Source: an uncultured Candidatus Saccharibacteria bacterium (GTDB taxonomy: Bacteria > Patescibacteriota > Minisyncoccia > Phycocordibacterales > Phycocordibacteraceae). Taken from it: 64,000 nucleotides of DNA. A model generated the notes under the pieces. That model ran no database searches. It saw nothing but the letters and a program-made list of their open reading frames with translations, and was not told where the DNA came from. The position numbers and the translations under genes were made by a program. How positions within the stretch are numbered: position 1 is the first letter of the stretch; every line of letters starts with the position of its first letter. Where the stretch lies: the NCBI GenBank assembly GCA_964434255.1, contig CAYSUL010000001.1:104856-168855 (forward strand), written 5' to 3'. This document shows positions 49,611 to 59,120 of this stretch, piece by piece.

Positions 49611-50717
49611 TTACTCGAGCTCCTCGAGCTTGCGCAGCGCAAGCCCGACGGCAACGGCGAACTCCGGCCCTATTTCTTTCAGGACCGGCTGCATGAATGC
49701 GGGCGTCTGCGTCTTGCTGAACGGATCCGCCACCTGCACATCGAGAGAGAAGAATGATTTCGCGTACGCGCCAAGCTCTTTCGTCACCCCGCCTCCGCCC
49801 GTGAGAATGAGCGTGGAGATGGATTTGCTCTCCCCCGCCTCGTACTGCATCATGGCGCGCTTCGCTTCCTCGAAGATGCGGGAGAACACGAGCTCGATGG
49901 TACTGCGGTCGTACGACGAGGCGCCCGCAGCACGGAAGCCATGTTCCTTCTTGAGGATCTCTGCCTTCTGTATGGTCATGCTGTGCGCAGCCGCGATGGT
50001 ACGCGTCACGTCCTGGCCGCCCTTAGGTATGTTGTGCGAGAGCGCGACCACGCCGTGCTCGACGACGTAGACCTTTGTCGCGGATGCACCGATATCGAGC
50101 ACGAGCACCGGCTTCACCGGCTCGTCAACGACAGAGCGTATGGTGCTGAATATCTCTATCTCATAGAACGTCGCCTGGAGCTCGGCGCCCGTTACGACCT
50201 GTTCGAGCAGCTTGAGCTCATCGTTGTGCACCGCGACCAATAGCACGTCGACTTTCTGGGGCGCTTCCTTCAGCGCATCCTTGCCGCCCTCGGGTATAGG
50301 CTGCGGGAGGATGAACCAGTCGAGTTGCACCTCGGAGACGGGTACCGGAATGTACTTCCTCGCCTCGAGCTCGATGATGGTCTTCTGCTCGTCCGGATTC
50401 TCCCTATACGGGAGGGTCACGAGCGTAAGCAGTGAGCGGGAGAATGGGATAGAGACGCCCGCCTCGTTCGTCGTGACATTCGCCTCACGAAGGAGGTCCT
50501 TGAGGGATTCCGTTATCTTCGCGGCAGGAAGATTCGTCGCGGTGCCCACTTCGCCGCCCGAATACGGGCCGAGCGCGAGCTCGCCATACGTTTCAAGCAC
50601 AGCAGTCCCTCCTTCGCGGCGAAGCTGGACCACTTTTAGCGATGAAGAGCCGACGTCGATGCCGATAACGCTCTTGCTCTTCTTCGTGCTTGCGAACAGC
50701 TTCGAAAGAAAGCTCAT
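49611..50717 (-). CDS. pilM: Type IV pilus assembly protein PilM
   Basis: IGIDVGSSSLKVVQL, EARKYIP, LDIGA, LTGGG, FAVAVGLALR. Confidence 0.93.
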   Translation of the reverse strand: MSFLSKLFASTKKSKSVIGIDVGSSSLKVVQLRREGGTAVLETYGELALGPYSGGEVGTATNLPAAKITESLKDLLREANVTTNEAGVSIPFSRSLLTLVTLPYRENPDEQKTIIELEARKYIPVPVSEVQLDWFILPQPIPEGGKDALKEAPQKVDVLLVAVHNDELKLLEQVVTGAELQATFYEIEIFSTIRSVVDEPVKPVLVLDIGASATKVYVVEHGVVALSHNIPKGGQDVTRTIAAAHSMTIQKAEILKKEHGFRAAGASSYDRSTIELVFSRIFEEAKRAMMQYEAGESKSISTLILTGGGGVTKELGAYAKSFFSLDVQVADPFSKTQTPAFMQPVLKEIGPEFAVAVGLALRKLEELE

Positions 50718-50739
50718 GGGGCGATTGTATCATGCAGGT

Positions 50740-51369
50740 ATGCGCATACTGTCGCGATTGCTCGACCTTCTCTTCCCTCCGCGCCCGACAGCGAGGCTTG
50801 CGCGCGATGCCGCTTCTGCTTCCGTCGCCCCGCTCATATCGCCCGAAGCACGCTCCATAGCCGGGCACGAAGGCGCCGCGCTGCTGCCTTACCGCCATCC
50901 GCTCGTGCAGGCTCTCGTCATCGAGGCGAAGTACCATGGAAACCGACACGCGCAGTCGCTACTCGGCACTGCTCTTGCGGACTATCTCGCTGACTTCATA
51001 CGTGACATGCACGCGTTTTCCGAGCGACGTATCGTGCTTGTGCCGATACCGCTTGGAGCAGCGAGGTTACGCGAGCGCGGATATAACCAGACAGAACGCA
51101 TATGCAGGGCCGCGATTGGCAACGGAATTGAAATGAATCCTGAAATCCTTATGCGCACTAGAAATACCGTACCTCAAACAACGCTGTCCAAATCAGAGAG
51201 ATTGAAGAATATGATTGGCGCATTCGTCGTCCGAGGCTCTATCGACCCATCCGCTACCTATGTAGTGTTCGATGATGTCGTTACCACGGGTACGACCCTC
51301 ACGAGCGCTATTTCCGCGCTCAGAAAAGCCGGAGCACGTCATGTTTCTGCGCTTGCACTCGCCCATTAG
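50740..51369 (+). CDS. comF: ComF family competence protein
   Basis: LLDLLFP, KY, VPIPL...RERGYNQ, DDVVTTGTT PRPP motif. Confidence 0.88.
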   Translation: MRILSRLLDLLFPPRPTARLARDAASASVAPLISPEARSIAGHEGAALLPYRHPLVQALVIEAKYHGNRHAQSLLGTALADYLADFIRDMHAFSERRIVLVPIPLGAARLRERGYNQTERICRAAIGNGIEMNPEILMRTRNTVPQTTLSKSERLKNMIGAFVVRGSIDPSATYVVFDDVVTTGTTLTSAISALRKAGARHVSALALAH

Positions 51370-51434
51370 ATTACCCTCATCTTTTCATGAACCTGATTGT
51401 TTAGGACGCTGAAGTGAAGTAGGATAGCCGGAAA

Positions 51435-51523
51435 GGATGGGTGTCTGAGTGGCCGAAAGAGATGGATTGCTAATCCATTATACGGGTTAAACCGTATCGA
51501 GGGTTCGAATCCCTCCCCATCCG
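51435..51523 (+). tRNA. tRNA-Ser(GCU)
   Basis: GGATGGG/CCCATCC acceptor stem, ATGGA-TTGCTAA-TCCAT anticodon arm, long variable arm. Confidence 0.95.
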
Positions 51524-51561
51524 CAGCGTTTTTACTTCCGTAGAGCGTTATCACAAACACC

Positions 51562-52422
51562 ATGAAAAGCTGGGTGAGGAGAACCATATTCATACTCATA
51601 GGGCTCTTCGCCCTCATCGGACTCGCTTTCACCGCGGTGTTCATCGCCATGCAGTTCGATCTATTGAATGTGCGCGGATCGATACTCGAACGGAACCACT
51701 TCTTCGCGAACGTAGCGAGCGCACCGATCATTCCCGCAGCCCTAGCCCAGCCCTGCGTCGATGCCGCCAAGAAGAAGTGCGACTGGAACGAGACGCCGGA
51801 GTGGGCGGTCGTCGCTGGAGGCCTGGAAAAGGATGCTTTCATCATCGAACGCGTCGCGAAGGAGACCGATGTAGATGCGCGCCTCATCGCAGCCGCGGTC
51901 ATTCCTGAACAGCTCCGGTTCTTCACCTCCGAACGCGAGGTGTTCAAGCGGTACTTCGAACCGCTCAAGATACTCGGTTCCCTCTCCCAGTTCTCGCTCG
52001 GCGTTTCCGGCATCAAGCAGGAGACGGCGAAGGAGATAGAGCGCCATGCGCTTGACGCTGCTTCCCCGTTCTACCCAGGACCCGAATACGCCAAGCTCAT
52101 CGAATACCCAGAAGGCGCTAACGCCGACGCTGAACTCTACAGGCGGCTGACCGACGCGAAGGACCACTACTACTCCTATCTCTACACCGCGCTCTATATA
52201 AAGGAAGTCGAAGCGCAGTGGGAACGTGCCGGGTTCGGAAGTGAACTCACCCCCGATATCGCTATCACCCTCTTCAACATCGGGTTCGAACGCTCCAACC
52301 CCAATCCGATGCCAGTCGCCGCGGGCGCGTCCATACAGGTAGGTGGACGAGCGTACCCATTCGGCGTACTTGGCGGCGAGTTCTATCGCTCCGAAGTGCT
52401 GCTCGATATCTTCCCGCGATAG
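51562..52422 (+). CDS. Membrane-anchored hypothetical protein (possible lysozyme-like fold)
   Basis: TM helix; VDARLIAAAVIPEQ...SLGVSGIK...FNIG pattern reminiscent of lytic transglycosylases. Confidence 0.6.
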   Translation: MKSWVRRTIFILIGLFALIGLAFTAVFIAMQFDLLNVRGSILERNHFFANVASAPIIPAALAQPCVDAAKKKCDWNETPEWAVVAGGLEKDAFIIERVAKETDVDARLIAAAVIPEQLRFFTSEREVFKRYFEPLKILGSLSQFSLGVSGIKQETAKEIERHALDAASPFYPGPEYAKLIEYPEGANADAELYRRLTDAKDHYYSYLYTALYIKEVEAQWERAGFGSELTPDIAITLFNIGFERSNPNPMPVAAGASIQVGGRAYPFGVLGGEFYRSEVLLDIFPR

Positions 52423-52793
52423 CTTCATAGAGCGCTCATGCATGAGCGCATAGGATGCAGGAATGAAGAAAACGAGCCGAATAAGCATCGAAGGACGCCT
52501 ATCCCGCACTCCCTCTCGTACCGATCTAATCGCCCGTTTCGAGCGATTGCTTGGCATACAGCTTCCACGCCTCGGCGCTCCTACCCCTCGCCCTACGTGG
52601 ATACACTTCCCACCCCTCGTTACATAACGACGAGCATGGAGTGGGTGTAGAATCGACTGTACGATTATCCTTCACATAGTCCGTATGCATACGAGAATCC
52701 TGTGGGCGCCTCCTACCATCGTCTTCCGGGATATCTCCGCCGCGCTTGCGGGGCTGCAGTATCTGAAGCCTCGGGCTGCGCTATAGCATGTAT

Positions 52794-53234
52794 ATGGAGC
52801 CCATACGAACACGTTCGGCGGGGGGTATCGTCATCGGCGATGGCGGAACCATTGCGCTCGTGCAGAGCCGTAGCAGCGGGTTCTGGACCTTCCCGAAAGG
52901 CCACGTGGACGAAGGTGAGACGGATGAGCAGGCCGCACGACGCGAGATACAAGAGGAGGCCGGATTAACGGATCTAGAATATATCGACGACCTCGGCGAG
53001 TTCGAGCGTCCGCACATCCTCCCTGATGGTTCGGACGATTCGAAGGAGATAAAAATAATCAAGATGTTCCTCTTCGCTGCAGTGCCGCATTCCGTGCTCG
53101 CACCCTCGATGGAGATGAAGGATGCCAAGTGGGTACCGTTCCGTGAACTCGCAGACCACATCGTCTATCTCAAGGATAGAGCGTGGCTCGCAACAGTCGC
53201 GCCACGTATACGCGAAGCAATACAACGCGACTAA
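52794..53234 (+). CDS. NUDIX hydrolase
   Basis: FPKGHVDEGETDEQAARREIQEEAGL Nudix box. Confidence 0.92.
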   Translation: MEPIRTRSAGGIVIGDGGTIALVQSRSSGFWTFPKGHVDEGETDEQAARREIQEEAGLTDLEYIDDLGEFERPHILPDGSDDSKEIKIIKMFLFAAVPHSVLAPSMEMKDAKWVPFRELADHIVYLKDRAWLATVAPRIREAIQRD

Positions 53235-53671
53235 GAGAGGCTCAAGAAAAGGAAGAGTGCGATGGGTGCGACCCACACTGCCCAATCAGCGACGCTTTTG
53301 CGCCAGAGCTGACCATAGTATTTAGGATGGAGGTAAAACTCCTGGAACGAGATGAAGAGTACCGCGAGCGCGAGCAGCAAGTAGAGCGCCGTCTCGCTGC
53401 CGAAGATATCCTTGGCCACGAGCGTCGTGAAAATGATAAGGAGAAGTGCCCCCGCAAGATGGCAGGCCTGCCTGTACGCGAGCACCTTATACCCAAAATG
53501 GCCGGGACCGAGTTTGCGGCGCGCCCGAGCGAGCGCTAGGTCGTACGAGCGCTTGCCTCGCACCCACTCTCCCTTTATCTCGTTCCGGAACGGATAGAAC
53601 CTGTCCGGGAGCGTAATGAGGAATGGATAGACCCCACCCCGTTGACTCTTCTTGGCTCGAGCTTTTTTCAC
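53231..53671 (-). CDS. Hypothetical membrane protein
   Basis: GTG start 6 nt after TATACT; three TM segments. Confidence 0.6.
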   Translation of the reverse strand: MKKARAKKSQRGGVYPFLITLPDRFYPFRNEIKGEWVRGKRSYDLALARARRKLGPGHFGYKVLAYRQACHLAGALLLIIFTTLVAKDIFGSETALYLLLALAVLFISFQEFYLHPKYYGQLWRKSVADWAVWVAPIALFLFLSLS

Positions 53672-53686
53672 GCACTAAGTATAGCG

Positions 53687-54832
53687 CTACTTCCGTACAG
53701 CTCCCGCGACAGCCTTCACTACCCGCTTATCGAGGATATCGGGGATTATTTTTGAGACGGTGGGCTTCGATACGAGCGCCGCAAGTACCTTAGCCGCCCG
53801 AAGCTTCGAAGCGTCCGTAATGCGTGTTACTCCCTTATCAAGCGCTCCCCGGAATATGCCCGGGAACACGAGCGCGTTGTTTATCTGGTTCGGGAAATCC
53901 GAGCGTCCAGTCGCGATAACCATAGCCCCGCCCTTCTTCGCCTCTTCAGGCAGAATCTCTGGCACCGGGTTCGAGAGCGCGAACACGATAGCCTTCTCGT
54001 TCATGAGCTTCACGTCCTCGGCCTTGAGGAGATTGGGGCCTGACACACCGATGAATACGTCGGACTCGACGAGCGCTTTGCGGAGGTCGCCCTCCTCGCC
54101 TGCATTGACGAGCCCTTCGTCGATAAGCGCCTGCTTGGTCGGATTCAAATCCTTCCTTCCTTTCCCTATGATGCCGCGACTATCGACCGCAAGGATATTC
54201 ACCTTGGGCTGATACAGCTTGAGGAGCCGGATGATGGCGACGCCTGCCGCCCCGACCCCGCTTATCGTTATCCGTGTGCCGTTCCACTTCTTCCCGACCA
54301 CCTGCATCGCGTTGATGAGACCGGCGAGCACGACGATAGCGGTACCATGCTGGTCGTCATGCATGACTGGGATATCGAGTGCTTCGATGAGACGCTTCTC
54401 GATGTCGAAGCATTCCGGCGCCTTGAAGTCCTCGAGGTTGATGCCGCCCCACCCGGGCGCTATCGCCGTGATAGTTCGCACTATCTCATCGGGATTCTGC
54501 GTATCTAGCACGATGGGCCACGCGTCGATGCCTGCAAGCTCCCGGAAGATGAGCGCCTTCCCCTCCATGACCGGGAGTGCGCCGTACGGACCGATGTTGC
54601 CGAGACCGAGCACCGCCGACCCATCCGATATGACCGCGACGGAGTTCTTCTTTACCGACATGAGTCGAGCGTCCTTCGGATACCTTGCGAGATGAAGCGA
54701 TGCAGCACCTACGCCCGGGGTGTAGTAGAGGGCGAAGTCCTCTTTCGTCTTCATCTTCACGCGACTCTTCGTCTCGATACGGGCTCCGGTCTTCTTGAAC
54801 GCGTCTACTATCTGTTTCGGTGTCTTAGCCAT
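53687..54832 (-). CDS. NAD(P)-dependent malic enzyme
   Basis: YYTPGV, SDGSAVLGLGNIG, PVMEGK, HDDQHGTA, ATGRSDFPNQINN. Confidence 0.95.
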   Translation of the reverse strand: MAKTPKQIVDAFKKTGARIETKSRVKMKTKEDFALYYTPGVGAASLHLARYPKDARLMSVKKNSVAVISDGSAVLGLGNIGPYGALPVMEGKALIFRELAGIDAWPIVLDTQNPDEIVRTITAIAPGWGGINLEDFKAPECFDIEKRLIEALDIPVMHDDQHGTAIVVLAGLINAMQVVGKKWNGTRITISGVGAAGVAIIRLLKLYQPKVNILAVDSRGIIGKGRKDLNPTKQALIDEGLVNAGEEGDLRKALVESDVFIGVSGPNLLKAEDVKLMNEKAIVFALSNPVPEILPEEAKKGGAMVIATGRSDFPNQINNALVFPGIFRGALDKGVTRITDASKLRAAKVLAALVSKPTVSKIIPDILDKRVVKAVAGAVRK

Positions 54833-54910
54833 GAGTAGGAGTTAGAGGCTCAGTATATAAAGAAAGCGGCCCCGCACCACTGTGGATGCGGGACCGTTGC
54901 TTTCTAAGGT

Positions 54911-56515
54911 TTATTTACACACTGCGAGAAGCGCTTTCGCGGTCATAGGACCCACGATGCCGTACCCTGCGCTACCTGCGGCGGCTATCTTATTCTTCAC
55001 CTGGAAGGCCTTCACCGCCTTGTCCGTTGCTGGCCCGAAGTACCCGGTCACCTTTCCTTCCGGATAAATGGTCTTGTCCTGCGCCAGTATCTTCTGGAGA
55101 CGCGTCACTTGTCCCTTCGTTTTCGCGTCAGTGCTCTCGAGCTCGAGCGAACCCGTGAATGCTGCGCAAGAGCTAGAGACAGTGGTGGGCGCAGGTACGA
55201 GCGTAACCGGGTCCGTTGTAGCAATAACCGGCACCAGGCTATACCGCGCGTTAAGTATATTGCGCGTCGTCGCATCGAGCGTGCCGCTCTCCTTGATGCC
55301 TCTCGCTTTCTGATATGCCCTAAGCGCGTCCGTTACGCACTCTCCCATCCGTCCGTCGAGTGGGCAGTTTATGAGCGTAGAGGGCGCAGCTGGATAGTAT
55401 CCCTCCGCCTTGAGTGCGTGCTGGAGCGCGTAGATAGCGATGCTTGAAACGGGTTCAGGCGTAACGGCAGCACTGGTCGGCGATTGTTCTGGGTTTGCGA
55501 GCGCATAGGGTTGCGGTTCCAGAGCCGCGACTACATCGCTCCTCCACGTATGCGGGAGCGCTTTCGTCTCATATGTGCCCGACGCATTGCCTCCGAAGAA
55601 GTCGTGTACGCCGCGCGCGGTCTGGAGCGCGTAATCGGTAAAGACGGTGGTGCGGATGTTCTCGTCGATGAACTTCGGTTCGTATATATAGCCGTATTCG
55701 ATGAGGATGCTCGCAACGGCCGACGTACTGTTCGCACCCAGCGCGATGAGCTCCTGATCCTCGACAACGCCCTTATCCTCGATAGGAAGCGTGGACTTCG
55801 CCGTGAGCTTCGTTACCTTGTCGAATACATCCTCGGCGATGTCCTTGGATACATCCCCGTTCCCGAACTGGCTATCTGGCACGTATATGGCGAGGCCGGA
55901 GTACTTTCCTACGCCGCTAGCGGTGCGGTCGCCCGCATCATTGAGATGCACATGGATCATGAGGTCGACATCGTTCTCATTCGACCACTTCGTGATTCCG
56001 TACAGACGATATGCAACGTCGCCCGGTGCGACATTGTGCCCTGCCTGCTCTTCGTTCTTCTCCACCTTCCCGCGCTTAAGCAGCTTCTTCATCTCCTTCT
56101 TATGCGTTTCGACGAATTTCTTTATCGTCTTCATGTTCCGCTTGAAGTACGGGGCGAGGTCGTCGTTCCACCCGGTCATGTCGCGCGCAACGAGCACCTC
56201 GAGGTTCGGGTCTGCGCGGAGTTCAGTGGCGAGCTTCTCCGAAAGCATGAGGGCGAGTTCGCGTTCGTAGTATCCAGCGTACTGCGCGCCGCCATAGGTG
56301 GGTTCGTGGCCCGGAACGATAAGGATGCGCACCCTGTCGCCTCCCGCCGCCGCTTCCTGATACGCGGCCTTCAGTTCAGCTGATGTGGGTGCCTCGCTCG
56401 ATGCGAGCCTCGTCTTGGTCGCTGCTTGTATGAATGCGGTCGGGAATGCGAACAGGAACGAAACGATGAGCGCGACCGCGATGACGATGGACCAGTGACG
56501 TGAGTAGCGGAACAT
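54911..56515 (-). CDS. N-acetylmuramoyl-L-alanine amidase with two PG-binding domains
   Basis: ILIVPGH, E, IHVHLND, SILIEYGY; C-terminal TGYFGPAT..AV..FQ; start moved to ATG 56515. Confidence 0.85.
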   Translation of the reverse strand: MFRYSRHWSIVIAVALIVSFLFAFPTAFIQAATKTRLASSEAPTSAELKAAYQEAAAGGDRVRILIVPGHEPTYGGAQYAGYYERELALMLSEKLATELRADPNLEVLVARDMTGWNDDLAPYFKRNMKTIKKFVETHKKEMKKLLKRGKVEKNEEQAGHNVAPGDVAYRLYGITKWSNENDVDLMIHVHLNDAGDRTASGVGKYSGLAIYVPDSQFGNGDVSKDIAEDVFDKVTKLTAKSTLPIEDKGVVEDQELIALGANSTSAVASILIEYGYIYEPKFIDENIRTTVFTDYALQTARGVHDFFGGNASGTYETKALPHTWRSDVVAALEPQPYALANPEQSPTSAAVTPEPVSSIAIYALQHALKAEGYYPAAPSTLINCPLDGRMGECVTDALRAYQKARGIKESGTLDATTRNILNARYSLVPVIATTDPVTLVPAPTTVSSSCAAFTGSLELESTDAKTKGQVTRLQKILAQDKTIYPEGKVTGYFGPATDKAVKAFQVKNKIAAAGSAGYGIVGPMTAKALLAVCK

Positions 56516-56602
56516 ATATAAGAGACTATACCTCAGTAGACGATGAGGAATGCGTGTTCTTTCATGAAGGCGCGCGGACATCGAAAATCGTATACTTCTC
56601 GT

Positions 56603-58768
56603 ATGCAACCGGAGGACCCTATCGAGAAGCATTTCACGCGCTTGAAGCCCGACCAGAAGAAAGCGCTCGCGAAGCTCGGTCTTGCGACCGTGCGTGACCT
56701 CCTCTACCACTTCCCCGCGCGCTACGAGGCAGCAGGGCCCACCGGCACCATCATAGGTGCTACTCCGGGCACTGACGTCACCCTCTATGGGACGGTCAGG
56801 AAACCAGAGACCCGCAAAGCATGGAAGAGCCGCCGGCCGATAGCGGAAGCATGGCTTGAGGACGCGTCGGGACGCATCAAGATGATGTGGTTCAACCAGC
56901 CCTATATCGCGAAGACGCTTCAGGATGGCATGGTCATCCGAGCGACCGGGAAGATCGCAGGCGAGGGCGCGAAGCGATACCTCGCGAACCCGGAGATAGA
57001 CAGGACGCCCATTACGAGCGAGGACGTGCATGACACGCTCTTCACCGAAGCGAGCGTCGAAGGCGAGAACACGCTCTACGCCATATACCCCGAATCGAAA
57101 GGTGTCTCATCGCTCTGGTTCCTGCACGCGCAGAAGCGGTTGTTCGAGGGAAGGCTCCACGAGACGATACCGGACCCTATCCCCGCTGACATACTCGAGC
57201 GATACAACCTTCCCTCCCTTTCCACCGCGCTCGTATGGATGCACGCACCCCGCAAGCTACCGGACGCGCAAGCTGCAAGGAAGCGCTTCGCGTTCGAGGA
57301 AGTGTTCGCGATACAGCTCGGCATGCAGCGCGAGCGCAGTTCAGCCGTACAGGAGAAGGCGCTTTCGGTCGAGACCGACCGCACGACACTCAACGAGTTC
57401 ATCGCATCGTTCCCCTTCCCGCCGACCGCAGCGCAGACGCGCTCGATAGAGAGCGTCGCGCTCGACTTCGAGCAATCGCATCCGATGCGTCGCTTGCTCG
57501 AGGGTGACGTGGGTAGCGGGAAGACCGCGGTCGCAGCGGCGACCGCATATATGGTGGCGACGTCGAGGCCACCCGGACGCAAGAGCGGCACGCTCCAGGT
57601 CGCCTATATGTGCCCGACCGAGATACTCGCGAAGCAGCACTTCTCCACCTTCGTCTCGTACTTCAAGGACCATCCTATCCCTATCGGCCTCATCACCGGA
57701 AGCGAGTGCCGCAAGTTCCCGAGCAAGGTACACAAAGAAGAGTCGACGAAGATATCCCGCGCGCAGTTCAGCAAATGGGTCAAGAACGGTGAGATTCCCA
57801 TCGTTATCGGTACGCACGCGCTCGTCTACAAGTCCCTTGAGTTCCAGAATCTCGCATACGCCATCATCGACGAGCAGCATCGCTTCGGTAAGGCGCACCG
57901 GCAGAAGCTCGTGAAGAAGGATGGTATCTCGCCGCACCTTCTCTCTATGACCGCGACCCCTATCCCTCGCACGCTCGCACTCACCATATATGGCGATCTG
58001 GATATATCGCTCCTCGACGAGATGCCTGCGGGGAGGAAGCCGGTCATAACGGAGATACTCGATATAAAAACACGCGAGAAGGCGTATGAGCGCGTACGAA
58101 GCGAGCTAGCGGAGGGTCGCCAAGCATATGTCATCTGTCCCCGCATCGATGAGCCTGATCCAACGAAGGAGCTCGCTATGCAAGCCAAGTCCGTTAAGGC
58201 GGAAGCCGAGCGATTGAAAAACGAAGTCTTCCCTGGCGTTTCCATAGATATCCTCCACAGCAAGATGACGCCTATAGAGAAAGAGAAAGCGATGGAGCGC
58301 TTCGAGAAGAACGAGGTGCAGATATTGGTCGCGACGTCCGTCGTCGAAGTCGGCGTGAATGTGCCGAACGCGACCGTCATCCTCATCGAGGGCGCGGAAC
58401 GTTTCGGTCTCGCCCAGCTCCATCAGCTCCGCGGTCGCGTCATACGCTCGACGCACCAGGCGTACTGCTTCGCGCTGCCGGAGAAGTTCAGCGGCCAGAC
58501 GAAGGAGCGATTGAAGGCACTCGTTACCGCGAAGAACGGCTTCGAGCTCGCCGAGTACGACCTCGCGCTCCGTGGTTCCGGCGAGCTCTATGGCGCTCGC
58601 CAGTGGGGCGTGTCGGACATCGCGATGGAAGCGCTCAAGAATATAAAGATGGTGGAGGCTGCCCGGACCGAGGCTGGACGGCTCATTCGGGAAGACCCAG
58701 AACTCACGGACTATCCCGCACTCAAGGAGCTCGCGCTTGAGGCTATGGCGCACGTGCATCCGGAGTAG
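56603..58768 (+). CDS. recG: ATP-dependent DNA helicase RecG
   Basis: RLLEGDVGSGKT, PTEILA.QH, DEQHRFG, MTATPIPRTL, LHQLRGRV. Confidence 0.96.
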   Translation: MQPEDPIEKHFTRLKPDQKKALAKLGLATVRDLLYHFPARYEAAGPTGTIIGATPGTDVTLYGTVRKPETRKAWKSRRPIAEAWLEDASGRIKMMWFNQPYIAKTLQDGMVIRATGKIAGEGAKRYLANPEIDRTPITSEDVHDTLFTEASVEGENTLYAIYPESKGVSSLWFLHAQKRLFEGRLHETIPDPIPADILERYNLPSLSTALVWMHAPRKLPDAQAARKRFAFEEVFAIQLGMQRERSSAVQEKALSVETDRTTLNEFIASFPFPPTAAQTRSIESVALDFEQSHPMRRLLEGDVGSGKTAVAAATAYMVATSRPPGRKSGTLQVAYMCPTEILAKQHFSTFVSYFKDHPIPIGLITGSECRKFPSKVHKEESTKISRAQFSKWVKNGEIPIVIGTHALVYKSLEFQNLAYAIIDEQHRFGKAHRQKLVKKDGISPHLLSMTATPIPRTLALTIYGDLDISLLDEMPAGRKPVITEILDIKTREKAYERVRSELAEGRQAYVICPRIDEPDPTKELAMQAKSVKAEAERLKNEVFPGVSIDILHSKMTPIEKEKAMERFEKNEVQILVATSVVEVGVNVPNATVILIEGAERFGLAQLHQLRGRVIRSTHQAYCFALPEKFSGQTKERLKALVTAKNGFELAEYDLALRGSGELYGARQWGVSDIAMEALKNIKMVEAARTEAGRLIREDPELTDYPALKELALEAMAHVHPE

Positions 58769-58810
58769 GAAGTGCTAGAGTCCCAGGTAGAAGTCACGGA
58801 GGAGCTCGCC

Positions 58811-58978
58811 ATGAGCGACCAAAGGAAGAAACAGGAGTTCGACGCGGACTTTAGCCCGTCCAATCCGGTGAACCGTCAGGCTGCCGAATACCACGGACTT
58901 CGTTTCGATTCCCGCAAGAAGGCGTACGTTGATGAGGGCGGCTGTCTCGTTCGCGATCGCTTCGGTCAAAAACTATGA
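58811..58978 (+). CDS. Small hypothetical protein
   Basis: GGAGG SD; downstream hairpin GACTCAGGCGC-TC-GCGCCTGAGTC. Confidence 0.45.
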   Translation: MSDQRKKQEFDADFSPSNPVNRQAAEYHGLRFDSRKKAYVDEGGCLVRDRFGQKL

Positions 58979-59034
58979 AGATTCCCCAAGGGAATGAGGG
59001 ACTCAGGCGCTCGCGCCTGAGTCGTTTCCTTTTG

Positions 59035-59108
59035 TGCGCCCGGCAGGGCACGATCCTGCGACCCCCCGGATATAAGCCGGGTGCTCTGACCAACTGAGCT
59101 ACGGGCGC
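59035..59108 (-). tRNA. tRNA-Ile(UAU) with atypical T-loop ATCGTGC
   Basis: GCGCCCG/CGGGCGC-A acceptor stem; CCCGG-CTTATAT-CCGGG anticodon arm; C4-G69. Confidence 0.88.
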
Positions 59109-59120
59109 TCCATCATGGAA

